A stretch of 64,000 bases of DNA. Source: Camelus dromedarius (Eukaryota). The notes under the pieces are model-generated. The model searched no databases and was not told where the DNA came from. It saw only the letters and a program-made list of their open reading frames with translations. The position numbers and the translations under genes are program-made. Every line of letters begins with the position of its first letter. Position 1 is the first letter of the stretch. Below, piece by piece: positions 26,881 through 39,859 of the stretch. The stretch is from NCBI RefSeq assembly GCF_036321535.1, contig NC_087437.1, positions 22,632,001-22,696,000 on the forward strand, read 5' to 3'.

Positions 26881-29800
26881 ATGGCATTAAGAACATATAT
26901 ATCAATAATAACCTTAAATGTAAACAGACTAAATGCTCCAACCAAAAGACACAGACTAGCTGAATGGATACAAAAACAAGACCTATATATTTGCTGCCTA
27001 CAAGAAACTTTCACATATATAAAATTGGCACTCTTCTTCCTTCCAAGTGGATTCTCCTCTTCACTTGTGGAGTTTTCCCCACTTCAGTATCTTGCTGAAA
27101 TCTCTACTTCTAATCTTTTCACATCACATTTTCTGTATTCTTTCTGAAGCCTGTAAAAGCTCTGTGCTACACAGTATTTACCACTCATTAATCATTGACT
27201 CATCTAATCTATTAATTTTTATTGTTAATACAAAATATTTCCCTTCTTTATAACTGTTTACCTCTACTTCATGTTACCAATACACATTTTCTTTGAGGAT
27301 GTTTATTTAGTAAAAAAAAAAAAAACCTTCAGATCTAGAGACATATACAAACTGAAAGTGAGGGGATGGAGAAAGTTATTCTATGCAAATGGAGATCAAA
27401 AGAAACCCAGAGTAGCAATACTTATATCAGGCAAAATAGACTTTAAAATAAAGACTGTTACAAGAGACAAAGAAGGACACTATATAATGATCAAAGGATC
27501 AATCCAAGAAGAAGATTTAACAATTGTAAATTTATATGTACCCAACATAGGAGCACTTCAATATATAAGGCAAAAGTTAATAGACATTTAGGGACACATA
27601 AAGGGACAAATTGACAGTAACACAATAATAGTGGGGAATTTAACACCCCATTTACATCATGGACAGATCATCCAGACAGAAAATCAATAATGAAACACAA
27701 GTCGTAAATGACACATTGGACTAGATGGACTTAATTGATATTTATAGAGCATTCTGTCCGAAAGCAGCAGGATACACATTCTTTTCAAGTGCACATGAAA
27801 TCTTCTCCAGGATAGATGACATGTTGGCCCACAAAGTAAGCCTTGGTAAATTTAAGAAAATTGAAATCATATTAAGCATCTTTTCTGACCACAACAATAT
27901 GAAATTAGAAATCAACCACAAGAAAAAAAAAACTGCAAAAAAAAAAAAAAAAAAAAAACCACGGAGGCCAAACAATATGCTACTAAACGTCCAATGGGTC
28001 ACTGGAAAAATCAAAGAAGAAATTTAAAAATACCCAGAGACAAATGAAAATGAAAACATAATGATCCAAAACCTATGGGATGCAGCAAAAGTAGTTCTAA
28101 GAAAGATTATACCAATACAAGCTTAACTCAGGAAATAGGAAAAATCTCAAATAAACAACCTAACCTTACACCTAAAGCAACTAGAGAAAGAAGAGCAAAC
28201 AAAGTCCCAAATTAGTAGAAGGAAAGAACTCAAAAAGATCAGAACAGAAGTAAGTGAAATAAAACCTAAATAATACAAAAGATCAATGAAACTAAAAGCT
28301 GATTCTTTGAAAACATTAACCAAATTTATAAACCTTTAGCCAGATTCTTGAGGAAAAAAGAGAAAGGGCCCAAATCAATTAAATCAGAAATGAAAAAGGA
28401 GAAGTTACAAGTGACACCACAGAAATACAAAGTACCATAAGAGGCTATGACAAGCAACTATATACCAAACGGACAACCTAGAAGAAATGGAAAAATTCTT
28501 AGAAAAGTACAATCTCCCAAGAGTGAATCAGGAAGAAATAGAAAATATGAACAGACCAATTACCATTAGTGAAATTGAATCAATAATTTTAAAACTCCCA
28601 ACAAAGAAAAATCCAGGACTAGATGTTTTCACAGGTGAATTCTACCAAATATTTAGAGAAGAGTTAACACCTATCCTTCTGAAATCACTCCAAAAAATTG
28701 CAGAGGAAGGAACACTCCAAAATTGTTCTATGAGACCATCATCACTCTGATACCAAAATCAGACAAAAATATAACACAAAAAAGAAAATTACAGGCCAAT
28801 ATCACTGATGAACATAAATGCAAAAATCCTCAACAAAATACTAGCACATCGAATTCAACAATACATTAAAAGTATCATACACCATGATCAGCTGGGATTT
28901 ATTCCAGGAATGCAAGGATTTTTCAGTATCTTCAAATCAATCAGTGTGGCACACTCTATTAACAGATTGAAGAATAAAAACTATATGATCATCTCAAAGA
29001 TGTAGAAAAACCTTTTGATAAAATTCAACATCCATTTACGATTTTTAAAAAACTCTCCAGAAAGGGGGTATAGAGAGGGAACATACCTTAACACAATAAA
29101 GATCATATATGACAAAGCATAACTAACATCACATTCAGTGGTGAAAAGCTGAAAACATTTCCTCTAAGACAAGGATGCCCACTCTCACCACTTCTACTCA
29201 ATGTAGTTTTGGAGGTCCTAGCCACATAAATCAGAGAAGAAAATGAAATAAAAGGAATCCAAATTGGAAAAGAAGAGGTAAAACTGTCACTGTTTGCATG
29301 TGATATAATACTATACATAGAAAATCCTAAAGATGCTATCAGAAAACAACTAGAGCTCATTAATGAATTTATTAAAGTTGCAAGATAAAAAAATTAATGT
29401 ACAGAGATTTGTTGCATTTGTAAACACTAACAATAAAATATCAGCAAGGGAAATTGAGGACACAACCCCATTTACCATCACATCAAAAAGAATGAAATAC
29501 CTTGGAAAAACCTACACAAGGAGGCAAAAGACCTGTACTCCAAAAACTACAAGATACTGATGAAAAAAACTGAAGATGACACAAACAGATGGAAAGATGT
29601 ATTGCGTTCTTGGATTGGAAGAATCAATATTGTTAAAATGGCCATACTACCCAAGGCAGATTCAATACAATCTCATTCAAATTAGCAATGGCATTTTTCA
29701 CAGAACTGGAATAAAAAATTTTTTAATTTGTATGAAAACATAAAAGACCCTGAATAGCCAAACACAATCTTGAGAAAGAAAAATGGGGCTGCAGAAATTA

Positions 29801-30575
29801 CTCTCCCTGACCCCAGACTATACTACAAAGCTACAGTAATCAAAACAGTATAGTATGGGCACAAAAACAGTCACATAGATCAATGGAACAGGATAGAAAG
29901 CCCAGAAATAAGTCCACCCACTTAGGGTCAACTAATTTATGGCAAAGGAGGCAAGATATACAGTGGAAAAAAGACAGTCTCTTCAATAAGCGGTGTTGAG
30001 TAAACTGGACAGCTACATGTGAAAGAGTGAAATTAGAACATTCTCTAACACCATATACAAAAGTAAACTCAAAATGGATTAAAGACCTGAATGAAAGCCT
30101 AGATACTATAAAATTCCTAGAAGAAAGCATAGGCAGAACATTCTCTGACACAAATCACAGCAATATTTTTGGGGGGTCCATCTCCTGGAGTAATGCAAAT
30201 AAAAGTGAAAATAAACAAATGGGATCTAATTAAACCTAAAAGCTTTTGCACGGCAAAGGAAACCATAAACAAAACAAAAAGACAACCTATGGAATTGGAG
30301 AAAATATTTGCAAATGACGCAGCCAGCAAGGGACTAATTTCCAAAATATACAAACAGCTTATACAGCTTAATATCAAAGAAACAAACAACCCAGTTATAT
30401 GGATGTGTGTATATTATATTATATTATTATTATATTATATTTATAGTGGAATATTACTCAGCCATAAAAAGAATAAATTATGCCATTTGCAGCAACATGG
30501 ATGGACCTAGAGATTGTTATATTAAGTGAAATAAGTTGGAGAAAGACAAATATCATATGATATAAATGTGGAATC
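26881..30575 (+). pseudogene. L1 ORF2p (endonuclease/RT) remnant, fragmented
   Basis: ORF fragments [77 protein letters not shown]. The catalytic YADD region is decayed (tttgcatgtgat). Carries an internal insert and a C-terminal deletion. Confidence 0.9.
27014..27325 (+). other. ~310-bp polyadenylated non-L1 insertion inside L1 ORF2
   Basis: Interrupts ORF2 between ...CCLQET and FRSRD...; ends in A14 (27312-27325); AATACA at 27279-27284; flanked by aaac(t/c)ttca at 27005-27013 and 27323-27331. Confidence 0.75.
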
Positions 30576-31229
30576 TTAAAAAACTTTTACAAATGAATTT
30601 ATTTACAAAACAGAAATAGACTCACAGACAGAGAAAACAAACTATGGGTACCAAAGGGGAAAGGAAGGGAAAGGATAAATTAGGAATTTGGGATTAACAT
30701 ATATGCACTATTATATATAGAATAGATAAACAACAAGAACCTATCGTATAGCAAAGGGAACAATATTCAATATCATGTAATAATATATAATGGAAAAGAA
30801 TCTGAAAAAGAATTTGAAATCAATTATATTTCAATAAAAACTGACAAATAAATAAATAATAAATAAAGATATGCTATCTGTAAAATTAGATTTGCATTAA
30901 CTCTCAGGTTAGCCTGAGAAAGTAAAGTCGGAAATCAAGACTTCTCATTGTCTACAAAACCCAGGGAAAGGAGTGTTACGAATCAATGCTCAGCCCAGTT
31001 CCTGGGATACAAGAGCTAGGAACTGCTGACTGAATGAATGAAGCAATGAAACTGCAGAAAGCTAAAGGGACCATAGGATTCTATAAAAACATTTAAACTA
31101 TAGGCTCCCTTTTCTTTTTTTAAGATTTCATGCTCACCAAATAAGGCTTTGAATAACTCGTGTGATTTCTCAGGTATAATAATTCAAGGAAAGGATGATG
31201 TAAGTGGATGCCTCACAATACTGCCAAGA

Positions 31230-31350
31230 GTTAGTGTGTAAGATCATGGGTCCCAGAGTAAGAGAGAGGAGTTCAAATCCCTGATCTCTCATTTGTTACT
31301 TGTCTAACATTGAGCAAGTTACTTAGCCTCTCTAAGCTTTAATTTCTTCA
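31230..31350 (+). mobile_element. MIR
   Basis: gagttcaaatccctgatctc...ttgagcaagttacttagcctctctaagctttaatttcttca. Confidence 0.6.
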
Positions 31351-31499
31351 ACAATGATTTTTTTTGCCACTTTCAGATTCCCCTTGCAACTTACTTGTTC
31401 TTTCCCCATGTCCTGTTACTTCTCTTCTTGAGAATCATGACCATGAAACTGCAAAAATTAGTCGATTATGCAGTTTCCCTTGAGATATTTTAATACATG

Positions 31500-31970
31500 A
31501 TGCTCTTCCAGGAATCCATACATTTATATATGTTGTGTTCTTTTTCTGGAACCTTTCATTTGGCTTGTTATATTCCTAACAATTCTTTAAAATCTATGCT
31601 TCCCCATCCCTGGGGAGTTTGCTCTGTCCCTACCCACTCCTGACGCCAAATTTAGTCTCTCCCTGACTCACATTCTTTCTTGTACCTATATTATAATAAT
31701 TCATCACTTACTACTGTGTATTTACTTGTTTATGTATCTGTTTCTCTTCTAGCCTAGGAGTTCCCCAAAGGTAAGAATAATGTTCTCTTTGTCCTTATAC
31801 ACCAGCCTCATGTCAAGTGTTCATTTATTCATTAAACAGACGTTTATTGAGTATCTACTACATGCCAGGCAAAATTCTCAGAGTGTGGATTTCAAGGTAA
31901 TCAAGATAAAACCCTACCCTCTTAGAAGTTATATTGAAGTAGAAGTGGTATTCAATAAATGTTGAACAGA
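31500..31970. mobile_element. L2 fragments (both orientations)
   Basis: tttacttgtttatgtatctgtttctcttctagcc (+) and cattaaacagacgtttattgagtatctactacatgccaggc (-). Confidence 0.5.
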
Positions 31971-33397
31971 CACAAAACACACTAAATACGAGGCTCTGTG
32001 AAGGTAACTATTTACTCCTTTCAAGTTTTATCTAAATTTTGAGGTATTTTTAAAGCAATAGCAAGGAGGTCTAAGACTGAGGAAACCTCTCTCCTATTTG
32101 CTCTTAGTTCTCATGATATTCAAAATAAATGACTATGGTAGGTGACATCTGTAAAAGAGGAACACACCACAATTCTATGCTCCTGCGCACTAAGGAGAGG
32201 GTAGTTAATTGGCTCACTAATCAGTTTTTGAGCAAAGGGCTAACAAATAATGGGCCAGTAATGAGATGACTCTTCCAAGCCAGGCTGCCAGCTAATCACA
32301 TCTGGTTTGTAAAGTATTAATCAGCTCTGAGTCAGTGGGTAGGGAACATTAAGAATGTGGTTACTTCCTAAATAAATTATTTCCCACTTACTCTGACAAT
32401 TATAATTGGAGTATTTGAAAGAATTATTTTAATACACTAAGTAGAGCAAAGCTCAGATATTGAGTCATTTTAATAATATTTTTTTATTAAAATACCAGGT
32501 TATAATATTTTTACATTACTAAAGATTTATGGTAATAATAACTCAGTAGACCTCATGCCACATTAAAAATGTCAAGGCAGTATGTCATATTTTAAAATTC
32601 ATTCCGGAAGTACCATGCTTTCTAGGTCTTTACATCATTTCATCGTGAAAACAACATTTTCTGCCCCAGTATTCTAATTAGTCCTTTAACTGGAATTGTC
32701 TCTCTGGGTTCACTGAAAAATTAGCTCTTTTCATCTTCCTATTACTCTTTATGTTCTAGGTACATTTAATGTTCTTCCTGTTAGTCATTTGCCTTTTCCA
32801 ATTTTTACCAAGATGTTCTCACAGGAATTGGATGCACTTTTATTTTTGGAAGACAGCAGGTAGAATAATTAAGTCTGAATCACAGAAATAAAGACTTGAT
32901 TCAGAATTCACTCAATACCTAAAATAAGAACCCTACTAAAGAGAGTTTAAAACTCCCATGAATGGCAGAACTAGTGAGGATTGTTCAGATGGCATGTATC
33001 AATCTCAAGTTTCAAACATGTGCAGGATGAAGGTCAATGTATTTGGTTTGTGTAGAAAACATAATTTGCTTGTAAATTTATATATAATTTCTTCTAATAT
33101 GCTATCCTATACAAATATTTTATATGTACCTACAGAAAATGATTTCCTGGCATTCATGTTGGTATTTACTTAATTTTCTTCCAAATATATGCAAGGTTTT
33201 ACTGTAGAAAATTTGAAAGTGTGGGAAAAGTATAGAGCAAGATAGACTATCCATTTTTTCCCTCACCCCCTAAGACCTTACACCATCATCATCAAGAATG
33301 TTTACACTAACTAAATATTTAAAATATGCTCACATGCTCTCTGTTAATACATTACATGCATTTCTCATTTAATCCTCACAGAAACCCTATAAGATAG

Positions 33398-33904
33398 TAT
33401 GCTGGAGTTTTAAAACTATTTTTAAGCCATTAGCATGTATTCCCATGCTTCTTTGTGCTTTTCCCTTTATCACAGGAGTTGGAAGACCAAGAACTATGTG
33501 TCCTAGACTCCATTGCTACCTAGGTTCTGCAGGCAACTTACATTTTGCCATTTAGTGAGATGCTCTAGCACTAGGTTTGGCAGACAAGAGGGAGTCAGAA
33601 TTCATTTTTCTTCCTCCTGCAGATATGTGGGCCTTAGAAGAAATTAGTCTTTCAATGGCTTCTGAATCCCCTTCCAGTTACATGCAACAGGACTTAGGTA
33701 TTACTGGGATAACAGCAAGGTTTCCTACAGTCCTCCACCACTGGATGGATCTCTGGGACACAGTTGTAAAATCTAGTGGCCACCTTCCTGACTTCCCTCT
33801 CCAGCCCTTCCAGTAGTTTTGTAAACCCCCAAGTATTATTACATCTTTTCTACTTGAAATATCTAGAGTCAATCTGTTTTCTCAAGTGAACAATTAGTGT
33901 TACA
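33398..33904 (+). mobile_element. ERVL-class solo LTR (LTR33/LTR41-like) inserted in a MIR
   Basis: cctagactccattgctacctagg...cttgaaatatctagagtcaatctgttttctcaagtgaac...tgttaca end; MIR halves at ~33330-33397 and ~34745-34860. Confidence 0.55.
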
Positions 33905-33924
33905 GTTAAATAATAATATGACTC

Positions 33925-34742
33925 CTGGCGTATTTTACAACACCAAAAACCAATTCTCCAGATCTCTAGACACCAACAGATGTCCAACAATTCAATTCAA
34001 TCTGACACTATCTACTGGAGTTAGCATCAAATTCCACAAGTTAAAGGGCTCAGTCCCATAAGACTGCCCTCAATTCAGATGCCAGTCACAATTCCTAGGC
34101 CACTAGTAGTTCTGACCTACCAGCTATAAAACTGGGAGTTTCCATAATCCCCTCTCAGTTCAGTAATTTGCTAGAACAGCTTACAAAACACATAAAAACT
34201 TTTAACTTACTATCACCAGTTTATTATAAAAGATACAACTTTGGACCAGCCAAATGGAAGAGATGTATAGGGCAAGGATAGTGGTGGTAGTGGAGGGCAG
34301 TGGGTGTGGAAAGGCATAGAGTTTTCAAGCCTTCTCCAGGTACATCACCTTCCCAGCACCTTGATGTGTTCACTAACTTGGAAACTCTTTGAACCTCATC
34401 ATGCAGGGTTTGTATGACGGCCCAATACACAGGCATGGTTGATTTAATCACTGGCATTGGTAATTGAACTTAATCTCCATTCCTCACTTCCCTGGAGGTC
34501 ATGGGGTGGGGTAGAAAATTCCAAACTTCTAATCATGCCTTGGTCTTTCTAGCAACCAGCCCCCATCCTGAAGCTATCTACAGGCCTGCAAAAAATCACC
34601 TTAGAAGCATAAACTCACATATAGTTAAAAGGAGCTTGTTATGAATAGTGACACTCCTATCACTGAAAATTCCAAGGGTTTTAGGAGCTCTGTACCAGGA
34701 ACCCAGGATAAAGACCAAATATATATTTCCCACTGTACCACA
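33925..34742 (-). mobile_element. MER21(B)-like ERVL LTR
   Basis: Reverse strand begins tgtggtacagtgggaaatatatatttggtctttatcctgggttcctggtacagagctcctaaaaccc; internal gggctcagtcccataagactgccc. Confidence 0.75.
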
Positions 34743-35759
34743 GCTTCCATTTCCCAGTAGAGAACTAAAAGAGATTAATAAACTCATTTAAGGCCAATGG
34801 CTAGAAAGTGTTAGAACTCATTCAGTCTGTATCCAGAGGCAGCACTTTTAAGCCCTGTGATATATTGTACACAACTTTAGCACATTTTATACCAATCTAA
34901 TTTTTATGCGTTTTAACCCATTTGTGACCCCTACCATTTATAAAATGCTACAAATTCCTATTTTTCACTATATAGAATTTTCTTTGTCATTTACACATTT
35001 AACTTGTAAGGGTAATGGAAAATTTCATTTTATTTAACATAATATATTTAAGTAGTCCTTTAATATTGAACATTGAGATGAATTCCAATTTTCACTCTTA
35101 AGTCATACTCCCAAGTGTTGCCTGCATTTCATATTATACCATAAAAAGAAATTCCTAAAAATTGGGTTACTGTATCTGAGGCCACAAATTTCTTTAAGAT
35201 TTTTATATTTATATTTTATGATAAACTTCAAATGAGCAAATGAAAAATGAAGCAAATTTGAGGTATGTTTTCAAAATAAACAAAGTAAAAAAAAAAAAAT
35301 TGAAAAAAATTTCCTTCTTGTCCAAACCATTTGCTCTTATTAACCACCACACCCAAAATAACAAAATGTCCCTGATTTAAAAGAGGTCAAACATAAATAG
35401 AACGGTTATTTAATACTTACTAAAAGTTTGCCATTAAAGGAAAAGGATTATAACAAAGATGATAATGTTGGTAATTGTCACTTTTATTAAATTTACAGGT
35501 TAATAACCTTACCTGATCTTGCAATCAATAACCATAATAAAATTAAGGGAACTCCAAAGTTCAAGTTTAATTTCATTTATTTCATTTGCCTTCAAGCAAT
35601 GATATTTTCTATAATAACATATACAGGGTTCATCTGTCCTTCCTTTAAGCCACTACCTGAACATATGAACAAATGGTTCTCATAGTGTTTGGTAAACATG
35701 GGATTAATTAATTTATTAAATGATCACATCTCTTCGTTAGAGAATCCCAGGGAAAAATG

Positions 35760-37680
35760 CAGACTGTGAAAAGAGTATGTAGCTGTATTAAAAATGTATG
35801 AAAAAACTCACTAACAGAAGAAGGAGGAAGGGACTGACCTAAAACTAAAGGCAAAAGGAACTGCACCTAAATACTTCATTCTAGTTAATAAAATTGTTTT
35901 CCATAGAGGTATGGGTTAAAAACTCTGATACTACTATACACATAGACTGGAATTAAATAATGAAATGGTTCTCCCTATTGGAGGGAAAATGTATAGGTCA
36001 GCAAGGAGAGGAGGCTAAAACAATCCTTCCGGTAACAGATTAGAGTTGGAGACACTGGTGAGAACTCATGTTTAAGTTAATATAGATGCAGATGGTTACA
36101 TATAGAGATATTTATAGACATATGTATATACACAGTTAGTATACACACACATATTTCCTTGCCCTCTCAGCTAAGAGGCCTAAAAGAAAGGACTTTACCT
36201 AACCCTCAAATCTTGGTTTCTAATCATTCTGCAATAAAAGAAACCAGTGTTCTTTGGATAAATGGATGCTTCTAGCACTGGACAGGAAATATACAACATA
36301 AGCCTGGAACATCTTGTAGTGCCAGAAAGTAAGGAAGTGACCCCCACCCACAAGGAACCCAACAATGATGGGAATTTGTCAACAGGTCATAGGAGCCAAC
36401 CAAAAGAGTTCCCAATGGCTAAAGCTAAAATAACTTGAGCGAAAGAAAGAAAGAAACAAAGAAAGAAAGAGATATCAGATATAAACCAAAAGGTTAAATA
36501 AATATACATGAGTCCATACTGAAATAAATAAATAATTGAATAAATTAATAAATGGGGGAGAAGAGACAAATCTCTCCATGTATGTAGAATTCCAAAAAAT
36601 GATGCAGATACTCCATGGAAAGGAAAAAGAACATGACTCTTTACCCCTTAAGTGTGGGCTGCACATAATGACTTCCTTCCAAAGAGTACAGTATAAAAGG
36701 AGGGGAAAAGAGTAACTTTATAGTGGAGAAAACTGACAAACACTACCTTAGGCAGATGACCAAGGTCAACATTAAGTCAAAAATCATGTTGAGAGTTTGT
36801 ACCCTTGATATGATGTGATGAAAATGGCACATTACCTCTGTGATCTTCCTCCCCAAAACCCATAACCCGTCTTAATCATGAGAAAAACATCAAATTCCAG
36901 AAGGACATTCTGTCCATAGATGACCAGTACTCAGGATTGTCAGTCATTAAAAACAAGGAAAATCTGAGAAACTGTCACAATCAAGAGGAGCCTAAGGAGA
37001 CATGACAACTAGATGTAATGTGATATTCTGGATGGGATCCTGGAACAGAAAAACGGTAGTAAGCTAAAAACTAAGGAAATCTGAATAAAGTATGAACTTT
37101 AGTTAATAATAATGTATCAATATTGGTTCATTAGAGTTAACAAACATACCAAACTGTTAAAAAAGAAACAACAGGCTGGAAATGAAGTCACTTGTCATAA
37201 GCCTGATGTCATCAAGTCAAGACTTAATACCTACCCTAATTGCAGTTACAACCTCTCCCAGGAATATTGACTTAACTGGTCAACCTAGAATTTTCAGATC
37301 AGTCTGGAATTTTCTGGTCAGCACCAATGAGGTAATCTGCCACACAGACCCCTTCCATCCCCCATAGGTAGGTACCTAAGCCTGAAAGGACCTACTCTTC
37401 CTCCTCTTCTGCCTATAAAAGTCTTCCATTTTGTACAGCTCCTCAAAGCTCCTTTCTGCTTGCTAGCTGGGATGCTGCCTGATTCATAAATCATTCAGTA
37501 AATCTTTAAAATTTATTCGGTTGAATTTTTGTTATTTAACAAAACTAGTGTGAGATGTTAATTATAAGGGTAACTGCATGTGGAGGGGGGATGGGGGAGA
37601 TATAATGAGAACTCTCCATACTATCTGCTTAATTTTTCTGCAGATCTGTAACTGTTTTAAAATATAGCCTATTATTTAAA
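35760..37680 (+). mobile_element. L1MC/L1MD-type 3' region, interrupted by an LTR
   Basis: gcctggaacatcttgtagtgccagaaagtaaggaagt, aagtgtgggctgcacataatgacttccttccaaagag, gatgggatcctggaacagaaaaa. Confidence 0.75.
37155..37541 (+). mobile_element. ERV1-like solo LTR (387 bp)
   Basis: TG...CA ends with a 7-bp terminal inverted repeat tgttaaa/tttaaca, 4-bp TSD aaac (37151-37154 and 37542-37545), TATA box cctataaaa near 37412. Confidence 0.85.
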
Positions 37681-39859
37681 GAATTATATATACATATTAT
37701 GTATATATATATTTTATATAAATATATATATATCACAGCTCTCCAAGAGAGCCTGCGGCCTGTTCCCAGGTTACCTTCATTTCATTCCAATTTATGCCAG
37801 TTGTGGAGGGTGATTGGGGCTGAAACCCAACTCCCACTCTGCTTATACAGCTTGTGGCCCAGGTAATAGACTGCACCACTTCACAGGGGGCAGCTTTGTG
37901 TAATTTGCATAAAGGCATTGGTATGTGCTTATAATTTGCATAAATGCATTAATATATGCTAGTTCCTGTATTAGTTTCCCATGGCATTCCTCATTATTTC
38001 AAGAGTGAAAGCATGAGGGTGAGAAGAATATTTTTTTCTGCTGTACAATTCTTTAGATATGAATACAAGTGAGACATTTAACTTTAATATATTCTGACAC
38101 TTTAAGCCCCTAAAGGCAGAAGTTTCGACCAGATGACCATCTAGGCTTCATGAGCCTGTGGATGCAGGTGGTGAGTAGCTAATATAATTAACACCAATAA
38201 CAGTAGTTAGCATCAATTAAATACTTGACTATGTCCCCGGCACCAGCAATATAGAATTCAAGGTAATTTCTGAAAAGTCCAGAATCTTTAACACCTCCAG
38301 GTTAATACCAATTCTCAATTTTGCCTTAAAGCATAACACCATTCCTAGGCTCCAGTGTCCCCAGACATCCACTCAGCTGGTGGAAACCTGCTGATGCTCC
38401 TGTCCTCTTTAGGAACATTGGCAAAAGCTGCTTCACACCCGTCAAAGACATCCCTCATGGTGCCTCTTGGCTGCAGAGACTGACCCTCTAACAGGCTCCT
38501 GAGTGTGTCTCCCTCATCACGGGACTCTAGGCGGTGTTAATCAGAGATGACAGTTACCTGTGCATAGTCATTTCCCACACAGGTGTCCCTAACACAAAAC
38601 CCCTTCAGAGCTGAGCCACAGCAATAGAAAACTTGGCTTCCTTTCCCCAGGGCCCCATCCACTCACTTACCAGCCTACCCAGGCCCTGCATGTGTTCCCC
38701 TCACCATTGAAAAGAACTTCCTGATTCTTTTTTTCCCTGTCTTATTTAGATAATAATTAGAGTTCACCATTTTATGCTCTAAAGGTTTTAACAGGCTTAA
38801 AAAAAATCTCCACTGGTCTTGTAGCTTTTTTAGTCAAAATGATTAACAGCCTTAAATGTTTCCTGAATTACGCAAATGAATAATGATTAAGTCTGATTAA
38901 GTGGAGAATCAGAGGAAAGGGGTGTGAGCCAGGGGTAGCTTTTTACACGAGGTATTTACTGTGCCAATATCCAGAGGAAGTTTTTAGTGAGAAAGGAATT
39001 AGATGATACTTATCTAAAGTGAACCCACTAATGGGGAACTAGCTTAGATTTGGTGGATACCCAGAATGCAGAGTTAGGCATTCGTTTTTAAATCATTCTA
39101 AGTCTAATGGCCAATTAAGGCCCATTTGTTCAACTTTGCCATGCTCTTTTGTTGTTTATTGCTTCAACTTTGAATGCCAGAAGCTTTTTAAAGAGAGCTT
39201 GACCTTTACACAAAAGAGCTTTTTCATTTTAACCTCAAATTTAATATGACTGGCATACAAAATATACTAGTTTGATGTTCAGGCAGTAACTCAAAGGAGA
39301 GAGAGATGGAGCTTCCAGACAAATACAGCATAGAGACTGATAAATAAAAAATACTGACCAGTGAGCATTTTAAAGCAACCAAGACATGTTTTTATAATAA
39401 GCTTCTCAGACTGCAAAGTATTTACAGATATTTTTATTGTTGCAGTACAGAAAATATTGTCCAGAGAAAGAAAAAAGAAGAGATTTTCAAATAACTATTT
39501 CAAATTATCACAATTTTATCTCCTGCTGTGTTCTCATTTTAAAGTGATACTGTATTTTTTAAGTTCATTTTTACTCCTGTATCATAATTCTAGCTCAATG
39601 ACTAGCCTAGGAGTCTGGAAAGAATACTAAAATCATCCTTCCTGAAAACTTTATAGCCATGCAACTTGGCCTTTATGGGATTAATTCTTAAGCCTACTTA
39701 AAGGACTGGGATAATAATGTCATCAATGCCTACACCACTAAGGTTTGGTGTGTATTTTTCTGGAAATTCTTTTCATCAAGGCCCTGACTTGGACAACATA
39801 GAGTTTAAAATTTCGTATCATGGCAGGTGTCAAAGTTTATCTCTATCTTGTGGCAAGCA

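Larger units (their letters stand above)
24314..30864 (+). mobile_element. older full-length LINE-1, inactive
   Basis: Perfect 13-bp TSD aaagatatgctat at 24301-24313 and 30865-30877, with ttta|aaa at the left site. Contains a 5' head ccaagatggcagagtagaagg, degenerate ORF1 and ORF2, and an (aaat)n tail. Confidence 0.95.
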
